Positions 34,967 through 45,379 are shown, counted from the stretch's first letter. The stretch is DNA of 50,626 nucleotides from Bacteroidia bacterium (GCA_039914625.1 JBDSOU010000158.1:1-50626), one strand, 5' to 3'. Notes: generated by a model not told the origin, from the sequence alone. Numbers and translations are program-made.

Positions 34967-35371
34967 ATGTTTTCTTCAGAAATAAAAATCAGGGTTCGTT
35001 ATGCAGAAACTGACCGCATGGGTTATGCATATTATGGAAATTATGCCACCTATTTTGAAGTTGCCCGTGTGGAAGCACTCCGTGAAATGGGAATGACCTA
35101 TAAGGAAATGGAGGATGAGGGGATCATACTTCCTGTCCTGGAATATGCCATTAAATTTAGCAAGCCGGCTTTTTATGATGACCTGCTCACCATAAAAACT
35201 GCGATTAACAAGATGCCCGGTGCAAGGATCAGGTTTGATTATGAAACTTTCAACGAGAAAAATATTTTACTGAACATGGCAAATACAACACTGGTTTTCA
35301 TAAATAAAATTAATAATAAACCCTGCGCTGCCCCGACTTATTTTACCGAACACATAAAAAAATATTTTTAA
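34967..35371 (+). CDS. acyl-CoA thioesterase, YbgC/4HBT family
   Basis: The hot-dog fold signature is IRVRYAETDRMGYAYYGNYATYFEVARVEALRE. I prefer the ATG at 34967 over the listed TTG at 34940. Confidence 0.8.
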   Translation: MFSSEIKIRVRYAETDRMGYAYYGNYATYFEVARVEALREMGMTYKEMEDEGIILPVLEYAIKFSKPAFYDDLLTIKTAINKMPGARIRFDYETFNEKNILLNMANTTLVFINKINNKPCAAPTYFTEHIKKYF

Positions 35372-35432
35372 TTAACCCGGATAAGAAAAAATTGTACCTT
35401 GAACAGTGGATATTAAAAATTGCGGATTTAAC

Positions 35433-36344
35433 TCAAAGTTCTTTCATCAAAATCCTGTAAGCCTCCAGCATGCTTTCAATGTCTTTCTTATGAACTTTTT
35501 CATTTGGTGAATGAACAAAATCTTCCGCAGCACCTACAAAACACCAGTCAATAGGGTAGGGAATCTTTTGCAATTCAGTTCCGTCACTGCCACCGCTTTT
35601 TTCAACTTCCAATTGAAATAAAATGGTTGCACTTTTAAGAATCGAAATTATTTTATCAACGAAAACTCTTCTTGGAATTCCCATATCACGCATAGACACA
35701 ACAACACCTTCTCCATGAGTTACTCCTTCTGTAATCCAGGTTATATCACAGATCAGTGCCTTTTTTACCTGATATTTTTCATAAAGAAATTTTGCAAGGT
35801 AACCGGCACTTCCGCCACCGTGTTCTTCCCAGCAGGAAAAAACTATTGCACCGTTCTCTAAAGTTTCAGCAAGTCTTAAAGCAGTCCAGACTCCGAGTCG
35901 GTTATCTAAATAATTGGCTTGAATAAAATTTTCGTTCTCTCTGAAATTTGGTTTAAATGTAAGATCAGTACCTCTGTCAATTTCACGATCAAATTCACAT
36001 TTTATGTTTTCATCTTCATCAGCAGCTAACACACATTCAATTTTTCCTTTACTGTCAGTGCCGGTTAATTTTATCCCTTGTTCAATATGCGGTCCGCCAA
36101 TTTTTACCAATTCATTTTTATAGCGCACGGTAAAACCGATGGAATCAATATGAGCAAACACTGCAGTAGTTGGCTTTCCGAAAACCATTACGATGCAATT
36201 CTGAAAGCCATCTCCATAAAATAATGCAGGATGGACTTTCCAGCCTCCTGAATTTTCAGTTACATAGTTCAATAAAAATTCTGTCATCGCGGTTTCATTA
36301 CCTGAAGGTGCATGAATGTGAATTAACTTTTCGAGGAGTTGCAT
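35433..36344 (-). CDS. M42-family metallopeptidase-like protein
   Basis: The N-terminus LLEKLIHIHAPSGNE is present, with AHIDSIGF (HxDE-like), YLDNRLG, WEEHGGGSAG and GGSDG, in the order expected for M42 aminopeptidases. The DE is replaced by DS. Confidence 0.65.
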   Translation of the reverse strand: MQLLEKLIHIHAPSGNETAMTEFLLNYVTENSGGWKVHPALFYGDGFQNCIVMVFGKPTTAVFAHIDSIGFTVRYKNELVKIGGPHIEQGIKLTGTDSKGKIECVLAADEDENIKCEFDREIDRGTDLTFKPNFRENENFIQANYLDNRLGVWTALRLAETLENGAIVFSCWEEHGGGSAGYLAKFLYEKYQVKKALICDITWITEGVTHGEGVVVSMRDMGIPRRVFVDKIISILKSATILFQLEVEKSGGSDGTELQKIPYPIDWCFVGAAEDFVHSPNEKVHKKDIESMLEAYRILMKEL

Positions 36345-36430
36345 TTTTTCTGTTAAGTCAGGAAAAATAATATCAGAATTAAAGTAAATGAGAACAGAAA
36401 ATCATTTTTAAACGTCTTCGGTTTTATATT

Positions 36431-37660
36431 TTAAAAAGAAATTAATGCAACAACACCTATGGTAAATTTACTGAGATATTGCATGTAAATATCTTTAAGC
36501 GAAGAAGCATTTTTTATAGCATCAAAATTATCTTCAATATGCTTTCTTGCATCAGCAGAAAACCGTTGATATTCATCATTGGTCATTCTGTAAAACCTTA
36601 CGATGGATTCGGTGAGTGCAAAAGAATTTTTTTCGGGAGTAAGAAATCCAGTTTTTTTATGAATCACTTCCAGAGGAATATCGCAATGAGTGGTTGCAAT
36701 CACAGGCATGCCGGTAGCTTCTGCATCAAGAATCACAACAGGAGCGCCACCTTCGCAATCACGGTTATCGGCATAACAGCTGGGTTGAATAAATACATGA
36801 AAGGATTTCAGGAAATCATATAATTGAGAAAAATCAATAAAATCAAGGAACGTAATTTTATCTTCAAGATGATGTTCTGCTGCCATTTTTTCAAGAATGA
36901 TTTTGCTGTTTTCAAAGTCACTTCCGACAAATGTCAGCGATAAATTCGTGCACGTTTTTGCTGCTTGTATAAATGCCTGCAGGGTGTAAAGCTGCCCTTT
37001 TTTCTGAAAAAAGTTACTGATCTGAACAAGTCTTAATTCATTTTCTTTTTTCTCACGCTGAAAGAATGGAATTTTTTTCAGATCAACTCCCAGCCGGTTT
37101 ATTTTTATTTTTTTTTCAGAACAACCTTTTGATTTTAAAGTGGAGGCTCCGAAAGGTCCTTCGCAAATAAAAAGATCGGCAGTAGTAAATAGTTTCTGGT
37201 ATCTTTTTTCCCACTCCGTAAAATTATGAGGAAGACTTTCGTAATCGAAACCATAAAAAGAAACAATGAATGGCAGTTCGGTAAGTTTTTTTAATTTCAA
37301 AAATTCCCATCCGACATTGGCAAAGTGGCAATGAATCAAATCTATATTTAATTCTTTTGCTTTTTTTGAAATATAGTCAAGGTATTTGTCAAACCTGGTC
37401 TTTCGTTTTAATTTAGCAATGGCTTTATCGTAAAGAGAATCAGATTGTCCGCCACCTTCAATCATCAGATCAGATGACACATAATTTGGAATGGGCAACA
37501 AGTGAATTTTTGGGGATACAAAATGCGGATTAACATACGCAGGAGCACATACATAAACTTCCGAAGCGTCAAAATTATTGAGAAAACGAAACGCCCAGTT
37601 TTGCGATTCGGGTAAATAACTCTCAAATATATGAAGTGTTTTTAGCCTGGGTTCTGTCAT
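36431..37660 (-). CDS. glycosyltransferase family 4 (GT-B fold)
   Basis: The C-terminal donor-binding motif is EGGAPVVILDAEATGMPVIATTHCDIPLEVI. The N-terminal half has a Rossmann-like layout. Confidence 0.8.
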   Translation of the reverse strand: MTEPRLKTLHIFESYLPESQNWAFRFLNNFDASEVYVCAPAYVNPHFVSPKIHLLPIPNYVSSDLMIEGGGQSDSLYDKAIAKLKRKTRFDKYLDYISKKAKELNIDLIHCHFANVGWEFLKLKKLTELPFIVSFYGFDYESLPHNFTEWEKRYQKLFTTADLFICEGPFGASTLKSKGCSEKKIKINRLGVDLKKIPFFQREKKENELRLVQISNFFQKKGQLYTLQAFIQAAKTCTNLSLTFVGSDFENSKIILEKMAAEHHLEDKITFLDFIDFSQLYDFLKSFHVFIQPSCYADNRDCEGGAPVVILDAEATGMPVIATTHCDIPLEVIHKKTGFLTPEKNSFALTESIVRFYRMTNDEYQRFSADARKHIEDNFDAIKNASSLKDIYMQYLSKFTIGVVALISF

Positions 37661-37879
37661 TAATACTTATTTCTTAAATGTTTCTGACTGCTGTGTAAAA
37701 TTCTTTTCCTCAAAAGTTATTTACAGTAATGGCATTGCAGTTTTACTCAGGTGTTACCCAGCAATACTTATAGAGTCGGATGTAAGAAATGCAAAGTTCA
37801 TAAATATTTTTAAAAAATACTACTGTATATGACGAATTAATTAAAAAAAAATAATACGGACAGGTGAAAAAATAAAAAA

Positions 37880-37908
37880 GTTTTCCAGCCTCACGGAAAA
37901 CCCTTTTT
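37880..37908. terminator. orphan terminator-like hairpin in the middle of a 508-bp intergenic region
   Basis: GTTTTCC-agcctcac-GGAAAAC has CCTTTTT on the plus side and an A-rich tract on the other side (T6ATT on the minus strand). No annotated gene ends here on either strand. Confidence 0.45.
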
Positions 37909-38168
37909 GTATTAAAAATAATCTTTTACAAAAATTTAACCCTGCGGCAGCAATAATTTCTCCAGTGCAATCGCGATCATTTAAAGCGTGAAAACAATAC
38001 CGCCCAAACCAGTTTTGTGTCCTACATGAGATAAAACGGGTGGTACTTTAAGAATAGAGTAACCATCTATCTCTGTAATTTATTTTTAATTTAGTGGAAT
38101 CTAATTTTAGTCGCTCAGCAGCGAAATTTTAATATAAATTTTACCCTTTAAACTTTCAAATCAGTAAA

Positions 38169-38555
38169 ATGCAAAAAAGAAAAAATATTTGTTCAGGCAC
38201 ACAATGGGAAGACATTGTCGGATACTCACGCGCTGTAAGAATTGGAAACATTATTGAAGTTGCAGGAACAACCGCTGTTGATGGTGATAAGATAATCGGG
38301 GAAGGTGATGCGTACGTACAGACAAAATTTATTTTTCAAAAAATTGAAAAAGCTTTGAGAGAAGCCGGAGCTGAATTGAAGGATGTGATAAGAACCAGAA
38401 TGTTTGTCACTGATATTTCACAATGGGAAAAAATAGGGAAAGCACACAGTGAAATTTTTAGAGAAATAAAACCAGCGGCAACTATGGTTGAAGTTAAATC
38501 GTTGATAAATCCTGCACTTATAGTGGAGATTGAAGTGACAGCTATTATTGAATAA
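38169..38555 (+). CDS. RidA/YjgF-family protein
   Basis: WEDIVGYSRAVRIGNIIEVAGTTAVD...VIRTRMFVTDI...PAATMVEV..L....LVEIEV fits the YjgF/RidA fold signature. Confidence 0.8.
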   Translation: MQKRKNICSGTQWEDIVGYSRAVRIGNIIEVAGTTAVDGDKIIGEGDAYVQTKFIFQKIEKALREAGAELKDVIRTRMFVTDISQWEKIGKAHSEIFREIKPAATMVEVKSLINPALIVEIEVTAIIE

Positions 38556-38606
38556 ATAAAATAAAATTATAAATCTTATGACAGGCAAAACAAGTTAATT
38601 CTTGAG

Positions 38607-39497
38607 TCAGCGACTCATCTCTTTCATCAATTTCAGCTTAGTAGCAACATCTTCCATCAGCCACATAGGAGTGGAGGTAGCACCGCAAATCCCCACATTC
38701 TTCACACTTTGAAACCATTCGGGAAGAAGTTCACTCACCGAAGAAATAAAATAAGTGTTTGAATTAGATTCTTTACACACGCTGTACAATGCTTTGCCAT
38801 TGGAGCTTTTTTTACCGCTCACAAAAATAATCACATCATGTTCACGGGAAAATTGTCTGAGCTGCGGTTCACGGTTAGATACCTGCCTGCAAAGGGTATC
38901 GTTTGAAATAAAATCGCCCTCTTCCAACGAACCTTTTTCTTTGATGACTCTCTCCTCAAGCATGCGCTCCATTTTTTCAAATCCTGAAGTGTTCTTGGTG
39001 GTCTGTGAAAAAAAATGGATAGGTTTTGAAAAATCCACCTTGCTGAGATCGGCTTCTGTTTTAACTACAATTGCTTTTCCCTCTGTTTGCCCTACCAATC
39101 CGTTTACTTCCGCATGACCTTCTTCACCGTAAATAACAATTTGCCCGTGGTCTTCTGGAAATTGATCATAGCTGGTGCGAACACGGTTCTGAAGTTTCAG
39201 CACTACAGGGCAGGATGCGTCAACTAATTCAATATTATTCTTAAGGGCTGTTTGGTATGTTTCCGGAGGTTCACCATGAGCGCGTATCAATACTTTGCAA
39301 TTTTGTAATTTTTTAAATTCGTCATGATTGATAATCTTCAATCCTTTTGCTGTAAGCCGTTCCACTTCCATATTATTATGGACAATGTCACCCAGACAAT
39401 AAAGAGTACCCGAACGATCCAGTTCATCTTCCGCCATCTGAATGGCAAAGACAACTCCGAAACAAAAACCTGAATTGGGATCAATGGTGATTTTCAT
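38607..39497 (-). CDS. ispH: 4-hydroxy-3-methylbut-2-enyl diphosphate reductase
   Basis: The three Fe-S ligand contexts are GFCFGV, DASCPVV and NDTLCRQV, plus IRAHG and FVSGKKSSN. Confidence 0.9.
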   Translation of the reverse strand: MKITIDPNSGFCFGVVFAIQMAEDELDRSGTLYCLGDIVHNNMEVERLTAKGLKIINHDEFKKLQNCKVLIRAHGEPPETYQTALKNNIELVDASCPVVLKLQNRVRTSYDQFPEDHGQIVIYGEEGHAEVNGLVGQTEGKAIVVKTEADLSKVDFSKPIHFFSQTTKNTSGFEKMERMLEERVIKEKGSLEEGDFISNDTLCRQVSNREPQLRQFSREHDVIIFVSGKKSSNGKALYSVCKESNSNTYFISSVSELLPEWFQSVKNVGICGATSTPMWLMEDVATKLKLMKEMSR

Positions 39498-39561
39498 AAT
39501 GCAAAGATAACCGAATTACTCCGTTGTTTCATCCTAATATTGGTGAATTTCCTTTTGGCTT

Positions 39562-40269
39562 TTAGCAATTCAACAATTTCCCGATTTCATTCGTTACAAA
39601 ATCCAATTGTTCTTCGAAATTCAAATTGGTATTATCAAGAATTAAAGCATCATCCGCTCTTCTTAAAGGGCTTATTTCACGGTGCGTATCTTCTTCATCA
39701 CGGCTTTCGATATTTTTTTTAACATCTTCAAAAGTTACTTTAATGCCTTTGCTGTTTAATTCCTTATAGCGTCTTTCAGCACGGATTAACGGATCGGCAA
39801 CCATGAATATTTTAAGATCAGCATTTGGAAACACAGTGGTGCCTATGTCCCGCCCGTCCATGACCAATCCGCCCTCGTGTTGCATTTTTTGCTGAAATGC
39901 AACTAATTTTTTCCTTACAGATTTAATAGCACTTACATGGCTTACATTGTCTGAAATTTCCATGCTTCGAATTTCATGCTCCAGGTTTTTTCCGTTCAGA
40001 TAAATTTCTGAAAAATGTGTTTTGGGATTTATTTTAAATGTGATGTCTATTTCATTCATCACCTTCTCAAAATCAAAAGCAGTTGTAATTAAATTTTCCG
40101 GTAACGGAACCGGGATATTATGTCGCAGAAAATACCACGTCACTGCGCGGTACATGGCTCCTGAGTCAATGTAATGTAATTTGAGCTTTCGCGCCAATGC
40201 TTTAGCAACAGTGCTTTTTCCGCAAGAGGAGTACCCATCAATTGCAATAATTAATTTTTTGAATTGCAT
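39562..40269 (-). CDS. cmk: cytidylate kinase
   Basis: The P-loop is IAIDGYSSCGKSTVAKALA, with YIDSGAMYR, MDGRDIGT and RA.RR. Confidence 0.9.
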   Translation of the reverse strand: MQFKKLIIAIDGYSSCGKSTVAKALARKLKLHYIDSGAMYRAVTWYFLRHNIPVPLPENLITTAFDFEKVMNEIDITFKINPKTHFSEIYLNGKNLEHEIRSMEISDNVSHVSAIKSVRKKLVAFQQKMQHEGGLVMDGRDIGTTVFPNADLKIFMVADPLIRAERRYKELNSKGIKVTFEDVKKNIESRDEEDTHREISPLRRADDALILDNTNLNFEEQLDFVTNEIGKLLNC

Positions 40270-40369
40270 GTGAGCAAAGGTAAGAAAAGCCGTTTAATCA
40301 ACCCAAAATTGAAAAGATAGACAATAGTTTATTTTCAGGCATTCCCGGCCTCAGACCGGTCTCAGGAAT

Positions 40370-42484
40370 TTATTTAACCTCCATTCCCAGGTTATACATC
40401 ATAAAAGAGAAAATATCAGACTGCTCATCAATTAATTTTCCGGTAGGCTTTTCACCTCCGCCTCCGTGCCCGGCCATTGTATCAATTCGTATTAGCACGG
40501 GGTTAGTGCCCGCCTGCTTTTCCTGCAGTGTCGAAATAAATTTGAATGAATGTGCAGGCACAACACGGTCATCATGATCACCTGTGGTTACTAACGTTGC
40601 AGGATAATTTTTTCCCGCTTTCAAATTATGGAGGGGAGAGTAGGTATACAGCGCTTTAAATTCTTCTTCATTATCACTGGTGCCGTAATCACTTTTCCAT
40701 GCCCATCCTATAGTAAATTTATGAAAGCGCAACATGTCCATCACTCCAACTGTGGGTATGGCAACTTTATATAATTCCGGCCGCTGAGTCATTGCTGCGC
40801 CAACTAATAATCCTCCGTTTGAACGGCCACCGATGGCAAGCTTTGAAGAATTTGTATATTTTTCTTTAATAAGATATTCGGCAGCAGCTATGAAGTCATC
40901 AAATACATTTTGCTTTTTAAGTTTAGTTCCTGCTTTATGCCATTCTTCACCATACTCTCCGCCACCGCGCAGGTTGGGCATTGCGAAGATGCCGCCATTT
41001 TCTAAAAATGCCAGACGTTCCGTTTTAAATTCGGGAGTTTTGCTTAAATTGAATCCTCCATATCCAAAAAGCAATAAGGGATTATTCCCGTCTTTTTTAG
41101 TTCCCCTTTTCATGACGATAAACATAGGAATCTTTGTTCCATCCTTGCTGTTATACCAAACCTGCTTTGTTTCATAATCCCCAGATTTAAAATCGAGTTT
41201 TGGTCGAAAATAAATTTCGGATTCTTTTGTTAAGAGATTATATTTATAAACAGTAGGAGGGAAGGTGAAGGAAGTAAGCGAGTAAAAAACAAGGCTGTCT
41301 TCTTTATGGCCGCTCACTCCATCAATAGTTCCGATTGCATCCAATTGAATCTTATTTTCCGCAGTTCCTTTTTTGTCATACACTTCAAGGTAATTCCCGG
41401 CATCTTTCATATAACGTGCAATGAGCTTATTGCCAGCCTGTGTAACGGCTTGGAGCACTTCGGGCTTTTCCGGGATAAAATCCTTCCAGTTTTCTTTACC
41501 CGGTTTATTCAGGTCAATAATAATAACTTTTCCACGGGGAGCATTATAATTAGTTTGCACTAACATAGAATCACCAAAATGATCAATCACATTGTATATA
41601 TTGTCAAAATCGGAAACTATCTTTATAAAGTCTGAACCCGGCCCCGATAATTTTTTTGCCATGAGCCCGTTTCCACCTGATCCTTCCGAGAACCCCACAA
41701 ATAAAAATTGTTCATCATCGGTCATTTGCGCTCCTAAATTTCGGAGAGGGTGATCTTTGTCCTCATAAACTAATGAATCCTTTTCCTGTGAGGTACCGAT
41801 AACATGGTAATAAATTTTATGGAACTCATTTTTTTTCTTCAGCTCGTCTTCTTTTGCAGGAACCTCATAGCGGCTGTAAAAAAATCCATTCCTGTACCAT
41901 GCAACACCTGAAAACTTAACCCATTTCAAAACTTCATCGTATTCTCTTCCGCTCCTGATATTCCGGGTGTGGATTTCACTCCAGTCTGAACCGCCTTTTG
42001 ATAATCCATAAGCAAAATAATTACCGTCATCAGAAATGGAAGTGATGCTTAAAGAAACCGTTCCATCAGCTGAAAGCACATTCGGATCAAAAAAAACACC
42101 GGGTGGTGAATTCAAATCTTTTAAAATCTGCATCACATTTTGATTTTGAATTCCGTCATTTTTAAAATTAAAATAAAATGGGCCTGCTTTAAACGGTGCT
42201 GTGGATTTAGGAAAATTCCAAAGTTGTGTCATACGGTTTTTGACTTTTGCACGAAAAGGAATTTCAGACAGGTAATCTTCTGTAATTTTATTTTGTTCCT
42301 TTACCCATGCGGCAGTTTCTTCTGAATGATCGTCTTCAAGCCAGCGGTAAGGATCTTCAACCAATGTATTAAAGTACGTATCTTTCTGATCAACTTTTTT
42401 TGTTATGGGATAGCTGATCTTTTGTGCAAACGACAGGTGGAAAATGCAGTTTATTAAAAAGAGCAGGAAGAATTTTTTGTACAT
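40370..42484 (-). CDS. prolyl oligopeptidase (S9A family), secreted
   Basis: It has a signal peptide. The N-terminus is DPYRWLED, followed by a beta-propeller region. The catalytic part has GGRSNGGLLVGA (Ser), TGDHDDRV (Asp) and AGHGGG (His). Confidence 0.9.
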   Translation of the reverse strand: MYKKFFLLFLINCIFHLSFAQKISYPITKKVDQKDTYFNTLVEDPYRWLEDDHSEETAAWVKEQNKITEDYLSEIPFRAKVKNRMTQLWNFPKSTAPFKAGPFYFNFKNDGIQNQNVMQILKDLNSPPGVFFDPNVLSADGTVSLSITSISDDGNYFAYGLSKGGSDWSEIHTRNIRSGREYDEVLKWVKFSGVAWYRNGFFYSRYEVPAKEDELKKKNEFHKIYYHVIGTSQEKDSLVYEDKDHPLRNLGAQMTDDEQFLFVGFSEGSGGNGLMAKKLSGPGSDFIKIVSDFDNIYNVIDHFGDSMLVQTNYNAPRGKVIIIDLNKPGKENWKDFIPEKPEVLQAVTQAGNKLIARYMKDAGNYLEVYDKKGTAENKIQLDAIGTIDGVSGHKEDSLVFYSLTSFTFPPTVYKYNLLTKESEIYFRPKLDFKSGDYETKQVWYNSKDGTKIPMFIVMKRGTKKDGNNPLLLFGYGGFNLSKTPEFKTERLAFLENGGIFAMPNLRGGGEYGEEWHKAGTKLKKQNVFDDFIAAAEYLIKEKYTNSSKLAIGGRSNGGLLVGAAMTQRPELYKVAIPTVGVMDMLRFHKFTIGWAWKSDYGTSDNEEEFKALYTYSPLHNLKAGKNYPATLVTTGDHDDRVVPAHSFKFISTLQEKQAGTNPVLIRIDTMAGHGGGGEKPTGKLIDEQSDIFSFMMYNLGMEVK

Positions 42485-42507
42485 AGTGTATTAAATTTAT
42501 AAAATCA

Positions 42508-43821
42508 TTGCAGCGCAAATCTGCAAAAATTAGGCTAATCTTGTGCAACTTATTATCAATACATAAAAATGTGATTTGCCATTCATCAAAAAATAAATCT
42601 CAACAGGAACAAAAGGATATTTCATTTGAAATTTTTAATTCAGTGAATGATTTTTCCGGCAGCGAATGGAATAAAATTGCCGGGGCAAAATTTTTTCTTC
42701 ATTACCATTATTTGAAGGTGATTGAAATTTCCAAACCTGCCGGTATCACTTTCAGGTATGTGTTAATTTACAAAAATAAAATCCTTTCAGCAATCAGTTG
42801 TTTCCAGGTTGCTGATCTCAGTTCAAAGGAATTAGGCTCTTTAATTAATCTTGAAAATTCAGGACGTATTCTTTCTTCAGTCGGCAATAAGATTAATAGG
42901 GTCTTGTTTTCAACCAATAAATATGCTGCTAACAATCTGCTGGTTTGCGGCAACCTGTTTGTAAGCGGTGAATATGGAATTGCCTGTGCTGATGAAATGT
43001 TTATGCCTGTGGTGGTTAATTCGCTTTCTGAAATAACTGAAAAAATTTCTCAGCAAATCAGTGAAACAAACGGAAGAGTTATATGTTATGCTGTGAAAGA
43101 TTTTTATGATACCGAAGATATTTATGTAAAAGAGCTTATTAAAGAAAAGTTTCACCGTATGGTGATTGACCCCAATATGATTTTTTCAGTGAGAAAAAAT
43201 TGGAAAAAGTTTGAAGATTATCTCAATGACATGTCATCCAAATACCGCCTTCGGGCAAATAACGTGTTAAAAAAAATAAGCGATGTGGAGATAAGAAACC
43301 TCGAACCGGGCGAGATGGAAAAGGAGAAGAAAGCTGTTGAAAATTTATATTTACAGGTGCAGAAGAAAGCTCCTGTGCGAATTATACGGGTGGACGTAAA
43401 TTATTTTTTAACATTAAAAAAATATTTAAAAGAAAAATTTGTATTCCGGGCATTTTACCTTAATGGAAAAATGATTGCATTCACCACTGGATTTAAACAG
43501 GGATCACATTATGAAGCGCATTTTATCGGGATAGACTATCATCATAACAAATCTCATGCGCTTTACCAGAATATACTTTACGATTTTATCCATGAGGCAA
43601 TAAAAAATAAATCCGAACAATTAGTTTTCGGACGGACCGCAATGGAAATTAAAAGCACTGTGGGCGCAACTGCATACCCGCTTTATTCATATATAAAACT
43701 TTCAAATACTTTTTTAAACAAAATAATAAAACCATTTATTCCATCTGAAGAAAATGAAAATTGGATACCGAGAAAGCCGTTTAAGGAAGAAGTAGGGAAT
43801 ACAAACGATGGCATAATTTAA
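42508..43821 (+). CDS. GNAT-like acetyltransferase-fold protein (FemAB / DUF482-like), function unknown
   Basis: The length and the C-terminal pattern (AFYLNGKMIAFTTGF...HFIGIDY......LYQNILY..I..A......L.FGRTA.E.KS..GA) resemble BioF2-like/GNAT_6 proteins. The start is uncertain: TTG at 42508 or GTG at 42571. Confidence 0.5.
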   Translation: MQRKSAKIRLILCNLLSIHKNVICHSSKNKSQQEQKDISFEIFNSVNDFSGSEWNKIAGAKFFLHYHYLKVIEISKPAGITFRYVLIYKNKILSAISCFQVADLSSKELGSLINLENSGRILSSVGNKINRVLFSTNKYAANNLLVCGNLFVSGEYGIACADEMFMPVVVNSLSEITEKISQQISETNGRVICYAVKDFYDTEDIYVKELIKEKFHRMVIDPNMIFSVRKNWKKFEDYLNDMSSKYRLRANNVLKKISDVEIRNLEPGEMEKEKKAVENLYLQVQKKAPVRIIRVDVNYFLTLKKYLKEKFVFRAFYLNGKMIAFTTGFKQGSHYEAHFIGIDYHHNKSHALYQNILYDFIHEAIKNKSEQLVFGRTAMEIKSTVGATAYPLYSYIKLSNTFLNKIIKPFIPSEENENWIPRKPFKEEVGNTNDGII

Positions 43822-43878
43822 AGGGATGATAAGTTAAAACAAAACAATAAATTTCACTATTTCCATCTTTCATCGAAA

Positions 43879-44892
43879 TCAAAACAAAATTGAAGTAATA
43901 AAATAAACAACTTCACTGTTGAGCATCGGTGAGCCGGTTTCAGTCCCGCATCGGTAACCCTTTTCGCGATAATCCTTAACGGAAGAGTATTGTCTTGCAA
44001 AATAAAATTTTGATTTTACCCCGGCAATAAGATAAAGTAAGTTGCAAAAGATTCCTCCGAATAGCGCTCCGCCTAAAGCGGAAAGTAGCGGATTGAAATC
44101 TATTTTTCCGCCTAACAGAAATCCCCATGCGAAAAAAAAAATTTTCATGCCTGTACCTATGCGATGGTACACATGAGCATAATGGCTGCGCGGAATCAAA
44201 AGTGTGTGGTTGGTGTTTTTAAAAGTTCTGTGTTGCTCCGTTCCCTCTGTTGATTCATGATTCATCACTAATTTTAGTGGCTTTCCATCAGCTTTTTTAT
44301 TTTTTGTAAAGTGGCAGCTATTTTCAATTATTATTATGCTGAGCGGTTCAGTTGAAAAAGGTTTGGAATCAATTTTAATAAATGCTTCTTCAATTTGCAA
44401 AGTCCCTTCCTCCATCGGAGCAATCACATAGACCAAACTGGTTTCTTTAACTTCCGCATTATTTATTAAAACATTCCGGAATGAAACAAAAGGCGCGCCT
44501 GAAACAAAAAACTTTTTAAATGATGGCTTCTTAAAAACTCTTCCTTCACCTGAATAAGTGAACGTGATTTTTAATTCATTATTAACTTTTACTTTATATT
44601 GATCGGGCAGCACATAAAAATAATACTGAATATTTTTTTGCGATTTTTTGTAAAAGCCGTATAACGGATGATTAATTAATTTCAGGTCATACAGCTTTCT
44701 TTTTTCACCATCGCTTAATACAGTATGAGCCTCCTGGATTTCCTTGAAAAATTCTTCCGCTTCTTTGCTGCCATCATTATGATCAGGGTGGAATTTAAAA
44801 GCCAGCGCCCTGAATGCTTTCTTTATTTCAGCATCCGAAGCCGTTCTTTCAATACCTAAAATTTTATAATAGTCTTTTTCCAGGCACGAAAT
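43879..44892 (-). CDS. J-domain (DnaJ-like) membrane protein lacking a canonical start codon
   Basis: Upstream of the listed start (GTG at 44613) the same frame stays open and encodes [36 protein letters not shown]...KRKLYD, with the HPD motif. Between the in-frame TAA (44893-44895) and 44613 there is no ATG, GTG or TTG, only ATT (44890-44892) and CTG (44881-44883). The C-terminus has a Gly-rich TM. Confidence 0.65.
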   Translation of the reverse strand: MSCLEKDYYKILGIERTASDAEIKKAFRALAFKFHPDHNDGSKEAEEFFKEIQEAHTVLSDGEKRKLYDLKLINHPLYGFYKKSQKNIQYYFYVLPDQYKVKVNNELKITFTYSGEGRVFKKPSFKKFFVSGAPFVSFRNVLINNAEVKETSLVYVIAPMEEGTLQIEEAFIKIDSKPFSTEPLSIIIIENSCHFTKNKKADGKPLKLVMNHESTEGTEQHRTFKNTNHTLLIPRSHYAHVYHRIGTGMKIFFFAWGFLLGGKIDFNPLLSALGGALFGGIFCNLLYLIAGVKSKFYFARQYSSVKDYREKGYRCGTETGSPMLNSEVVYFITSILF

Positions 44893-45341
44893 TTAAGAAA
44901 ATGAAACCGGAATTCTACAAAAGAACTTCTTCAGGGGTAGTTTATCATGATTTGTGGGAGGTATGTTTGTCTGTGCTGAAAATGGAATTCCTTTCCATAA
45001 TATAGATTTAATAGATTAATCTTTCAGATTGTTTTTAAAATACGAAAAATAATTATTTTTCTATCTTTCCAAACGCTTTTCATCTCTCAAAATGGAGCGT
45101 ACTTATTTTCTTAAATTAGTGTAAATTCCTTCGCGTTTTATTATGCTGGAACACGGATTGATTAAGCCCTCCTCAAAAAAACAATTCTTTCTGAAAAATT
45201 AATTTTAACAAACCAAAATAAATGAAAGACCTTCAAAGTTATAGTGACCAGCAAAAGATTATTTTAAAAAATCATTGCAACTCATCAGTGAATCCATCCT
45301 TTGGTGTAACCCTTATCAAACTTTTGAACGGATTCGTAATT

Positions 45342-45379
45342 CGTATATTCGTACAAATTCGTTATTCGTTGATGTCATT
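45342..45379. repeat. five closely spaced ATTCGT hexamers upstream of the alpha-2-macroglobulin gene
   Basis: ATTCGT occurs at 45342, 45349, 45357, 45367 and 45374, with spacings of 7, 8, 10 and 7 nt. The tract ends 32 nt before the ATG at 45412. Confidence 0.6.

Noticed and set aside
44814-45005. Plus-strand 63-aa ORF
   Set aside because: Its 5' part lies antisense to the well-supported J-domain coding sequence (HPD motif on the minus strand). It has low-complexity composition and no motif.
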